A stretch of DNA of 64,000 bases from Clostridiales bacterium (GTDB lineage Bacteria > Bacillota > Clostridia > Saccharofermentanales > DTU023). The first letter of the stretch is position 1; each line of letters starts with the position of its first letter. The notes beneath the pieces were generated by a model. It had not been told where the DNA came from, ran no database searches, and worked only from the letters and a program-made list of their open reading frames with translations. This document shows positions 56,097-64,000 of the stretch, one piece after another. The translations under genes and the position numbers were made by a program. The stretch is from positions 85,902 through 149,901 of the forward strand of contig SFGY01000002.1 in assembly GCA_004556455.1 (NCBI GenBank). Direction: 5' to 3'.

Positions 56097-56777
56097 ATGG
56101 AAATATTAAAAGTAGAAAACCTAAGAAAAGAATATGGAGAGGAAAACTCCAAGGTCATTGCTTTAGATGGAGTTGACCTTACAATAGAAAGGGGCGAATT
56201 CGTTGCCATTGTAGGCCCTAGTGGATCTGGTAAATCTACACTTTTGCACATTGTAGGAGGAGTAGATAGTCCAGATGATGGCAAGGTTTATATAGATGGT
56301 AACGACATCTCTAAGTATTCTTCAAAAGAATTAGCATACTTCAGAAGAAGGAAAGTCGGACTAATTTATCAATTTTATAATTTGATTTCAAATTTAACAA
56401 TCAGACATAACATAGAACTTCCACTAAAACTTGATAAAAGGAAAATCAATGAGGAAACCTTATTAGATACAGTTAGGAAACTTGGTATAGAAAGTAAACT
56501 CAACTCTTTCCCAAGTGAGCTTTCAGGAGGTCAACAGCAGAGAGTTGCCATAGCGAGAAGTCTCATCTATAGTCCATCTATCATATTGGCAGATGAACCG
56601 ACTGGAAACTTGGATAGAAAAAATTCTAAGGAAATAATTGAAATTTTTAAATATTTTAACAAGACTTTAAAACAGACGATTATCCTAATCACCCATGACG
56701 AAGAAATAGCCCTACAAGCAAATCGAATTATTACAATAGTAGATGGAAAAATTGTAGGAGATGAGAAACATGAATAA
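56097..56777 (+). CDS. ABC transporter ATP-binding protein (MacB/BceA-type)
   Basis: GPSGSGKST, LSGGQQQRVAIARS, ILADEPTGNLD. Confidence 0.85.
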   Translation: MEILKVENLRKEYGEENSKVIALDGVDLTIERGEFVAIVGPSGSGKSTLLHIVGGVDSPDDGKVYIDGNDISKYSSKELAYFRRRKVGLIYQFYNLISNLTIRHNIELPLKLDKRKINEETLLDTVRKLGIESKLNSFPSELSGGQQQRVAIARSLIYSPSIILADEPTGNLDRKNSKEIIEIFKYFNKTLKQTIILITHDEEIALQANRIITIVDGKIVGDEKHE

Positions 56778-59205
56778 GAAGAATTTTCCTATTTTCATCT
56801 CATTATTTATTGTAAGTCTGTTTTTTGCTGTGATTTTTTATTACGGATATACAAATATGAAGGCTAACTATGGTTATTACATGGCTTCAAGCTTTTATCA
56901 TGGAGAGATTAAAGAAGAACTTTCAAATGAAGATGTTGAAAAACTAAAGTCCATTGAAGATATAGATTTGGTCGGAAAAATGTCTCTTAATCCTGACAAT
57001 GGAAAATTTGCTGACGATTTAGTTGTTATCAACTACCAAGACCAAGCAATCAATAAGATGAGGGAGTATTCAAGATTAATTGAAGGCAGATTTGCTGAAA
57101 AGGAAGACGAAATTGTACTATCTGAAAGTCTTGTAAAGGAAAATGAACTTAAAATAGGCGACAAGATAGAACTTGATTTAGGCAAAAGGTTTTTAGATGG
57201 AGAAGAGATAGGTCCAACAAGTGCAAATACTGGCAGGGAAAAATTTGAGAGCCAAGGTTCTAAAAGCTTTAATTTAGTCGGTGTTTATGGAGACGTCTAC
57301 AATAAGTACAGTAAACTAAATTTTGCTCTAGGGCTACAAGATAAAATGCCTTCATTTAGAACATTTATAAAGTTTAATTCTTTCGAAGAAGCTTATAAGA
57401 ATAGAAATAAGATACAAAGTGAAATAAACAAAATACTTGGTAAAGATGTTCATTTAGAATTTTCAGAGAGCCTCATAAATTATTACGGAGTAGAAAACGA
57501 ACTCTTACAAAATATAATGAAAAAGGCCGTTCTTGTTCTATCGGTTCTTGGATGCATAGCAATATTTGTGTTTTTTATAAAAAACATCTTTTGGGTTTGG
57601 GGGCTTAGGAAAATTAGAGAGCTTTCCATTTACAAGTCTATAGGATCTACCAATGGACAAATTTATTTCTTACTTCTAAAGGAAGGACTTGTTACAACTG
57701 CAATTCCAATACTCTTAGGACACATTGCAGGATTTTTCTTTATGTATTGTTTGTATAAAAACATAACAAAAGGTGAAAGAGTAAGTGCCTTTGAAGGAGT
57801 AAAATTCAATCCCTTATTAAGTTTGGCGATACTTGTAGTTTCCTTTGTGATTGTAGCATTAGCTATTAAATCCCCTGCGAAAAAGATTTCTAAAATAAAT
57901 ATTATAGACGGCATAAGAGGAAATATAGATTTTTCAAAATCTAAGAAGAAAAGAGCCAAAGATTTTTGGAAGGAATTAAAACGCAACAACTTGGCATCAA
58001 TAAATTCACAGAGATATATTTCGGCAATAGGGATAGTTATAATTTCGGCGTTTATAATCATCACAGGCATCTCAATATACTACAGAGATTTTTCGCATTA
58101 CGATGATGGCTATAATTTTTCTGTGGGCTATTTTAGCGAAAATAACCAAGTCCCAAAAATATTAAAAGAAATTGTAGATAAAATTCCTAACGAAAAGTCT
58201 TATATTTCAAAAGATAAATATGTTCAAGTAGAAAACAATAACGAATTCTCAAAAGAAGCAAAGGCAGCAGGTTTAGATGAGGAAGCGAAAAAGAATATAG
58301 AAAAATATAAGGCAAAGGGTATGGATGGATTTATCATCGCCTTGGAAGAAAAAGATTTAAAAGAACTTGGAGGAAAGGAGGGTGAATTTGTCCTCTACAA
58401 TACAATTCAAGAAGATTCTTCTATTCCAATAGCTAAGGCAAATAGAATTCCCTATTTTGAAAACCCACAGACTTTAGACATTAACTTTGCAAATGATTAT
58501 AAGAAGACTATTAAAATTTCAAAGACGATAACAGATTTGGGAAAATATAAGTCGAAAACAAGACCCTTCGATGTAAAAGTTTATACAGATTTTGACACCT
58601 ATTTTAAACTTATGGAAGAAGCAGGTGATGAGAAGTATTCGGAATATGCCTACACTTTAAATATGAAGGTAAAAGATTCTGAAACCAAAGATGTAAAAGA
58701 ATATGTAGAAGCCATGATCAGGGAACAACTTTCACCTGAAGATAGATTTAATATCATAATAGATGAAGAAATCGTAACAAATGAATATAAGGCAGAGAAA
58801 AGTTTTATAAAAATTGTAATAGGAATAGCATCGATCATCTTTGTACTAAATATCACAAACGGTTACTCATCCATTAATTTAAGTCTTATGAGCAGAAAAA
58901 AAGAAATCGGCAGCCTTTACTCTTGTGGGATGGACGTAGATGAGCTAAAGAACATCTATCAAAAAGAATTTATTGAAGAACAGGTAAAATCCTTTATAAT
59001 TTCTATTATGGTGAGTTTAGGAGTTATGTTTATAATATCTTTAGTAGCCCCTGATTTAAGAATGGGTACTTTAATAAAATATTATGACTATAAAAGTTTC
59101 TTAGGATTTTCATTAGTCGTCTATGGTATTAATCTAATAATCTATCACTTCTCCTTAAAGAGAATTTTAGACAGACCGACCATAGATTTAATTCGAACAA
59201 TATAA
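56761..59205 (+). CDS. FtsX-family ABC permease (large, BceB/MacB-like)
   Basis: 814 aa. N-terminal TM, a large extracytoplasmic region, TM clusters around 57500-57900 and at the C-terminus (FtsX-type 4-TM bundles). Confidence 0.75.
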   Translation: MRNMNKKNFPIFISLFIVSLFFAVIFYYGYTNMKANYGYYMASSFYHGEIKEELSNEDVEKLKSIEDIDLVGKMSLNPDNGKFADDLVVINYQDQAINKMREYSRLIEGRFAEKEDEIVLSESLVKENELKIGDKIELDLGKRFLDGEEIGPTSANTGREKFESQGSKSFNLVGVYGDVYNKYSKLNFALGLQDKMPSFRTFIKFNSFEEAYKNRNKIQSEINKILGKDVHLEFSESLINYYGVENELLQNIMKKAVLVLSVLGCIAIFVFFIKNIFWVWGLRKIRELSIYKSIGSTNGQIYFLLLKEGLVTTAIPILLGHIAGFFFMYCLYKNITKGERVSAFEGVKFNPLLSLAILVVSFVIVALAIKSPAKKISKINIIDGIRGNIDFSKSKKKRAKDFWKELKRNNLASINSQRYISAIGIVIISAFIIITGISIYYRDFSHYDDGYNFSVGYFSENNQVPKILKEIVDKIPNEKSYISKDKYVQVENNNEFSKEAKAAGLDEEAKKNIEKYKAKGMDGFIIALEEKDLKELGGKEGEFVLYNTIQEDSSIPIAKANRIPYFENPQTLDINFANDYKKTIKISKTITDLGKYKSKTRPFDVKVYTDFDTYFKLMEEAGDEKYSEYAYTLNMKVKDSETKDVKEYVEAMIREQLSPEDRFNIIIDEEIVTNEYKAEKSFIKIVIGIASIIFVLNITNGYSSINLSLMSRKKEIGSLYSCGMDVDELKNIYQKEFIEEQVKSFIISIMVSLGVMFIISLVAPDLRMGTLIKYYDYKSFLGFSLVVYGINLIIYHFSLKRILDRPTIDLIRTI

Positions 59206-59254
59206 TTTCAAAAAAAGTGGAGTATATGAATAAAAAGATTGAGTCAAATTTCTT

Positions 59255-59284
59255 AAAGTGCCTATAATTTTAGGCACTTTTTTC
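59255..59284 (+). terminator. Rho-independent terminator after the permease gene
   Basis: AAAGTGCCTAtaatttTAGGCACTTTtttt. Confidence 0.75.
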
Positions 59285-59609
59285 ATATCTACTTTATTAG
59301 ATGATAATATAATATTTTTAACAAAACATTCAATTTAAGATACAAATAATAGGACGGGGAGAGTATATCTTCATCGTCTTTTTTATTACAAGAAAGGAGT
59401 TTTATGTGAAAAAATTAGATCAAATAAGAGTGAGCGTCAAACCCAAGGCCGTCTAGCAAGATGAAAGCTGAAACTTTAGACTAAACAAAACTGGATGTGT
59501 AAAGACGTTTAGTGTAGATGAGTCTAATGTTTATTACGGTGCGGCGGAGCCGCCTGTCCGGTGCGGTGAGAGCCACCGAACCGGACAAGCAGAGCCAGTA
59601 AAGAGAATC

Positions 59610-60199
59610 TCATTTAGCAAGAGAGGGATCTAAACCGTAGACTTGTCTCATGGAAACGTCCTTTTGGGGATCGCTACTCTCGATCTCGATTTTATAAGAA
59701 TTGTAGGAGATGCGGTCCATGATAGCGTCAGCAAGGGTACTTTCTTGATTATAAATTTGGCTGTACCACTCACTTTCTCGGAATTGGGTATAGAAAATGG
59801 TAGAGGAATAGATACGGCGTTTGTGAATCAGTTCAAAGAGATTTTTCGCTTCCGCTTCGGAAAGCTTAAACAACAGCCATTCATCCAGAATAAGCAAAAC
59901 AGGCTTCGTGTACTTTTTCAGGACAGAGGTAAATTTTTCTTCTTCTCGAGCGGCCTGTAATTCCAGTAAAAGATCCGGTAGACGGAAATATTTGACAGAA
60001 TAGTAGCGTTTGCAGACTTCCAACCCTAAGGCACAGGCAAGATAGGTTTTACCACGACCAGTAGCGCCAGTGATAAAAATGTTTCTAGCTTCCGCGATTT
60101 ATTCACAGCGAGCCAGGCGCTCAATGAGAGCTTTATTGAGCTTTCTGCCTGAGTGGTAATCGATGGCTGGAAACCGCGCTGGTGGCTCTCCGCCAGCGC
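59610..60199 (-). pseudogene. istB: IstB-type ATPase helper, N-terminally deleted and carrying an in-frame TAA
   Basis: ..AIDYHSGRKLNKALIERLARCE*IAEARNIFITGATGRGKTYLACALGLEVCKRYY...LILDEW. The TAA at 60099-60101 sits where W is expected. The 5' boundary is approximate. Confidence 0.7.
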
Positions 60200-61228
60200 T
60201 GTTTCCACTGCGATGTGATAATTGAACTGAACGGTCGCTTGTTTCCATTCCGCCAGTTCAAAGGGTGTGGCAGGCAAAGGTGCCAGTGATGGCTTTTCTT
60301 CCCCAAGAAACAGACTGAGCCTGCTGCATTCCTTTTTTTGAATCAAATGGGCATTGTAACTTCTTACGCGATCCTGAATGGCGCTGTTTAACTCGGCAAG
60401 AGAAAAGAATTGCTCGTTTTTCAAGGCTGCCGTAATCCAAGTGGAAATTATGCTGACCGAACCCTCGACATTGGGTTTGTCCTTGGGTCGGCGCACTCTG
60501 GCAGGGAGAATCGCCACGTTGTAATGCTCTGCAAATTCGTAATAGGTTCGATTCAGCTCAGGGGTATACCAGTCACTTTGTTTGCGGTTAATGGCTGTCG
60601 CGCAGTTGTCCGAAACCAGAATGGGAGTAACCCCGCCGAAGTAGGTATACATGTGAACATGAGCTTTGATCCAGTTTGCAGTTTTCTCGTTTAGAAATGC
60701 CTCAACAAAAGTATATTGACTGTAGCTCAGGACACCGACAAACAGCCAGCACTCTGTAAGCTCACCCGTATCCGGGTCAATGATGCAGGCTGGTTTTCCT
60801 GCCCAGTCGACCTCAATTTACTCGCCGGGTTTCGAAGGAATGTGCATGGTTACACGCCGCTTTTGTTCCTCCTGCTGAATGTGGTAACAAAATTGAGAAT
60901 ACATAAGTGGCTGATCCTGATTCTGACGGCACGCTTCACAATACTCAATCCACAGGAGTTTTTTGGTTACTCCATTTCTCAACAGTTCCTTACGAATGGT
61001 GTTGAAGTCTGGCAGGCGCCTGTTGCTTACAAGCTTCTCCTTTGGGAATAGCAGTTCCTCAAGCCGACGATCTGTGATGGTCTCACCAAGTGGCCAGGAG
61101 AGGTTTTGTGAAGCAGCTTGTTCACAAACTTTTCTCACGGTATTACGCGAAACACCACAACTTCGTGCAATGTTCCGTTCACTGAATCCTAAGCTTTTCA
61201 GCCGTAGGATTTCTCGGTATTGGGTCAT
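60200..61228 (-). pseudogene. istA: IstA-type transposase, in-frame TAA and C-terminal deletion
   Basis: MTQYREILRLKSLGFSERNIARSCGVSRNTVRK (HTH) ...HIPSKPGE*IEVDWAGKPACIID... The TAA at 60818-60820 sits where Q is expected. The frame continues to ..WKQATVQFNYHIAVE and then jumps into istB. The 3' boundary is approximate. Confidence 0.7.
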
Positions 61229-61450
61229 GGAAATGACCTCCTTTACTGTAGTCACGCCCGCGGCGTGCTGCTACAGTATGAAGGAAAGTCACGTGAGTCG
61301 TTCTTGCTTTTGTATGGGTGGATCTGGATTTCTGGACCGGTGGTTCCGGTGACCGGAACACTGGCTCTCAATGACCGGAATGATGGCTCCTGTTGGCCGG
61401 TCTGGTGGCTCATATTGAGGCGGAATATTCAGGCGATAAGAGAGGTTACG

Positions 61451-62284
61451 ATGGATAAGTACCGGATGACCCAGAAATGGCTTACAAAACTGGTTCCAAA
61501 CTTGAGAGTATGCGATATGAATCGTATTGCTTATCAACAGTTGTTAAATGATTACGCTATATTTCATGAGCGTCAGACAACGATGGATTTTCACCACCAG
61601 CTTAAAGGCGCGATTTTGGATGCTGTTGATGATGGTCTGATTGAGCGTGATCCTACGCGTAAAGCCATTATAAAGGGGAAACATCCAGCATCAAGGAAAA
61701 TGAAGTATCTTAACCAGTTCGAACTGCATTCACTGCTGGTTTCGCTTGACTTGAAAGATAAGGTGAACTGGGACTACTTTATTCTTCTACTTGCAAAGAC
61801 AGGTATGCGTTTCTCCGAAGCGCTTGCGCTAACTCCCAGTGACTTCGATTTTGCCCATCAGACCCTCTCGATCACGAAGACATGGGATTACAAGGGCAAG
61901 GGTGGATTTCAGCCAACTAAAAACAAGTCGTCTGTACGGAAAATACAGCTTGATTGGCAGACACTTATCCAGTTTTCCGAATTACTCAGAAATCATCCAG
62001 CGGATAAGCCTATCTTCGTTCATTCAACAGTGTACAATTCAACGGTGAATGATATTCTCAGAAAACGCTGCAAAGCCTGCCATATACCTGTAATCTCACT
62101 TCATGGATTGCGCCACACACATGCTTCGCTCCTTTTATTTGCAGGGGTATCTCTCGCTAGCGTGGCCCGGCGTCTTGGCCATGCGAGTATGACAACGACA
62201 CAAAAGACATATCTGCACATCATTCAGGAACTTGAAAACAAAGACATTGACCTAGTTATGCGCTCGCTATCGAGTTTAAGCTGA
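61451..62284 (+). CDS. Tyrosine recombinase/phage-type integrase, probably N-terminally truncated by the IS21 insertion
   Basis: Catalytic residues GMRFSEALAL (R), HGLRHTHAS (H-x-x-R) and GHASMTTTQKTYLH (Y). A core-binding region is present. The frame is open upstream right to the IS end at 61412, and no arm-binding N-domain is present. Confidence 0.75.
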   Translation: MDKYRMTQKWLTKLVPNLRVCDMNRIAYQQLLNDYAIFHERQTTMDFHHQLKGAILDAVDDGLIERDPTRKAIIKGKHPASRKMKYLNQFELHSLLVSLDLKDKVNWDYFILLLAKTGMRFSEALALTPSDFDFAHQTLSITKTWDYKGKGGFQPTKNKSSVRKIQLDWQTLIQFSELLRNHPADKPIFVHSTVYNSTVNDILRKRCKACHIPVISLHGLRHTHASLLLFAGVSLASVARRLGHASMTTTQKTYLHIIQELENKDIDLVMRSLSSLS

Positions 62285-62561
62285 AAAAATCACTTGCGCT
62301 GATTAAGAGGGAAAAGATGCCAAACTAAAAAAATGGCATCTTTATTTATTGGAATAATCACCATTATGTACCAGGTCAATGACGCATTGGGCTGAGGAAA
62401 GTGTAGAAAAAACAAAGATATGTCAACCGCGGGACGTGAACCACAAACCAAAAACTTTAAAGGGGTCGAATTCGACTCCTTTAGATGAGAAGCAGGGAGT
62501 AATGCTTTTACCTTATCTCCACAAAGGTGGATCGGCGCAACTAATGCGATTGGCATTGTCT

Positions 62562-62578
62562 CAAAATCCTGGACAGCC
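62562..62578 (+). repeat. 17-bp direct repeat copy 2 (caaaatcctggacagcc), candidate attR
   Basis: Exact match to 53331-53347. It lies 278 nt after the integrase stop and 31 nt from the stop of the pseudouridine synthase gene. Confidence 0.5.
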
Positions 62579-62609
62579 TTATGAGGCAAAGCCCATAGTC
62601 ATTACTTGC

Positions 62610-63662
62610 TCAAAGCTCTGGAACTTCCAGGCTGGCCTCCAGGTAAAGGGAGGCTTTTTCTTTTTCATCGAGTGCGCGCCACTCGCCTGAGTCAAGGCGG
62701 GGATCAAGCGACAGGGAGCCTTCGCGGATTCGTGTGAGGCTTGTGACTTCGCGTCCCAGGGCGGCAAGCATGCGCTTGACCTGATGAAAGCGTCCTTCGC
62801 AGATGACGAGCAGAGCTTCATCGTCAGCCAGGCTGCGGCGCTCTGCGGCAACTTGGCGGCAGCTCTCAAGGAGAACCGTCCTGAGCTTTTCGGCCTCGGC
62901 GGCTTTGAGCGCTCCCGGCGCGAAGGTGGATCCGATAAGTTCCTCGAAATAACGTCCGGGCTGATCCTGATTGAGTTTTTCTTCCGCCGACAGCGGAAGG
63001 AGCAGGGCGGCGGGGAGGGTAGGTCCGTCATCGAGAGGTAGCCCTGCGGCGCATTTGAGCACATCTTCCTCGCCCAGGGGCAAGCCGCTGTAGCTCAGCC
63101 GGTAAACTTTGGAGATGAGATGTCTGGGAGAGCAGAGACGGTGATTCAGGGTGCCGTCATTGGTCCAAAGGAGCAGGCCGCTTGTATCTTTGTCCAGACG
63201 GCCGACAGGGACAAGTCCGCGTTCCAGCAACTCTTCCGGCAGATCATCAGCGGCGGTCGCTTCGCGTCGGTCGACTAAGGCGGTCAGCACGGAGGGCCGT
63301 TTATTCATCATGATCAGCAAGGTGAGCTGGATCTCCAGAGGCTGACCGTCTAGCAGCAGCTCTTTGGCCTCTTCGGCGCTCACTTTTGTCGCTGCATTGC
63401 CGATCGTCTGATTCCCCAGGCGAACCCTTCCGTCACGACAGAGCTTTTTAATGTCTTTCCTGCTGCCGCAGCAGGAGGCTGCGAGGAGCTTATCAATGCG
63501 ATAGCTGGCTTTGCCGGATAATGGGGTCGGCGCAGGATTTTGAGCGGTGGAGACTTTTGGTGGAGCGGCTTTTGGAAAAGACATCTTTACCTCACATGAT
63601 TTTTCGGCCTGATCCTCCTCTGCTGGAGCTGTTATAGGGCATTTTGTTTCTGGCGTATCCAT
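62610..63662 (-). CDS. Pseudouridine synthase, RsuA/RluB family, with S4 domain and an N-terminal extension
   Basis: S4 domain: YRIDKLLAASCCGSRKDIKKLCRDGRVRLGNQ. Catalytic motif GRLDKDTSGLLLWTNDG. Also FHQVKRMLAALG. RBS gagggag. Confidence 0.85.
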   Translation of the reverse strand: MDTPETKCPITAPAEEDQAEKSCEVKMSFPKAAPPKVSTAQNPAPTPLSGKASYRIDKLLAASCCGSRKDIKKLCRDGRVRLGNQTIGNAATKVSAEEAKELLLDGQPLEIQLTLLIMMNKRPSVLTALVDRREATAADDLPEELLERGLVPVGRLDKDTSGLLLWTNDGTLNHRLCSPRHLISKVYRLSYSGLPLGEEDVLKCAAGLPLDDGPTLPAALLLPLSAEEKLNQDQPGRYFEELIGSTFAPGALKAAEAEKLRTVLLESCRQVAAERRSLADDEALLVICEGRFHQVKRMLAALGREVTSLTRIREGSLSLDPRLDSGEWRALDEKEKASLYLEASLEVPEL

Positions 63663-64000
63663 TTTGCGTAGCTCCCTCTTATGAGCTTATCTTTTTTCTG
63701 AACGGCTTCGGGAGAATCTGTGAAAAGCTTTTCCCTGCGAGAAATTAAGTTGGCGGCAGACCCTCGATTTTTCTGAACGGCTTCTGACAAAGCTGTTGTC
63801 GAGCGCTGTTCAGAAGCGGCCTTTACATGAAAGACATTCTTAATCGTATTTGCTTCCAACAAAGTTTCACTTTCTATTTGAAAATTTTCCATTCAAGAAT
63901 AGCAGAAGCCTGTCCTTTTTGCCCGACATTACCTCGAATTTACATGGACATGATCTTTCTCTAAAACTTCTTCCCTAAGCTGGAGGAGATAGAAGTTTTC

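Larger units (their letters stand above)
59567..61412 (-). mobile_element. Decayed IS21-family element (istA-istB) with recognisable terminal repeats
   Basis: The ends are TGAGAGCCACCGAACCGGACAAGCAGAGCCAG (59567 onward) and, reverse-complemented from 61412, TGAGCCACCAGACCGGCCAACAGGAGCCAT, with further internal ..gagccag..ccgg.. repeats. The length of ~1.85 kb is shorter than typical IS21 elements, consistent with an internal deletion. I found no target-site duplication. Confidence 0.7.

Noticed and set aside
61220-61450. N-terminal 77 aa of track ORF 61220..62284 (MGHGNDLLYCSHARG...).
   Set aside because: This part reads through the IS21 terminal-repeat region (up to 61412) and is not integrase sequence. 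I treat the integrase as starting at or truncated near 61451.
62290-62690. ORFs 62290..62589 (-) and 62379..62690 (+) in the integrase-to-pseudouridine-synthase spacer, and a GGTTCACGTCC T-loop-like string on the minus strand near 62425-62445.
   Set aside because: The ORFs lack RBSs and overlap the palindrome, the terminator structures and the end of the synthase gene. The T-loop-like string has no matching T-stem or acceptor, so I could not fold a tRNA or tmRNA fragment.
63632-63892. 86-aa minus-strand ORF upstream of the pseudouridine synthase, with duplicated tttttctgaacggcttc (63696 and 63768).
   Set aside because: It overlaps the synthase start by 31 nt and has a weak start context and no recognisable domain. 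The duplicated 17-mer may be regulatory, but I cannot support either a CDS or a specific regulatory call.

Overview
This looks like a Gram-positive, Clostridia-like chromosome segment, judged from GGAGG-type RBSs and lipoboxes. The backbone is roughly 50% GC by eye; I did not compute GC anywhere.

Backbone genes:
- YesM/YesN-type two-component system plus a BMP-family/dual-ATPase ABC importer (2.8-10.2 kb).
- An operon with hypB and hypA flanking a 963-aa Fe-S flavoprotein (19-25.5 kb).
- brnQ, udk, and a lipid/DedA-like cluster.
- A rhodanese lipoprotein, a DUF2254-like protein, and a ykoEDC-like ECF transporter.
- pyrG, an IMPDH-family gene, greA, a lysS with a fused tRNA-binding domain, and an RsuA/RluB-type pseudouridine synthase.

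Three visibly AT-rich accessory patches interrupt this backbone:
1. 10.3-18.8 kb: a type I R-M island (HTH-hsdM-hsdS-[two cargo ORFs]-hsdR). It is wedged between a cas3-like 5' stub and a decayed type I-C-like CRISPR array. A separate, apparently intact cas3 occupies 1-2390 on the minus strand. It is absent from the supplied ORF track because it runs off the window edge.
2. 37.3-41.3 kb around tRNA-Ser(CGA): an AAA/DUF4143-like ATPase, then a 1.9-kb islet bounded by imperfect direct repeats. The islet carries a duplicated module of tiny hydrophobic peptides plus a small basic protein.
3. 53.3-62.6 kb: a composite integrated element bounded by a 17-bp direct repeat. It holds an hsdM stub fused to an IS256-family remnant, a very AT-rich Bce-like TCS+ABC cassette, a decayed IS21-family element and a tyrosine integrase.

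Best candidates for undescribed biology:
- The cargo gene(s) between hsdS and hsdR, split at an A10 tract and carrying an R-x4-H (HEPN-like) motif.
- The minus-strand three-gene operon at 41.4-44.8 kb: a 3-TM protein with a long helical tail, a low-complexity/globular 532-aa protein, and a small Smr-domain protein.
- The duplicated mini-peptide modules next to tRNA-Ser.

All functional calls come from motif recognition by eye. No database search was run.
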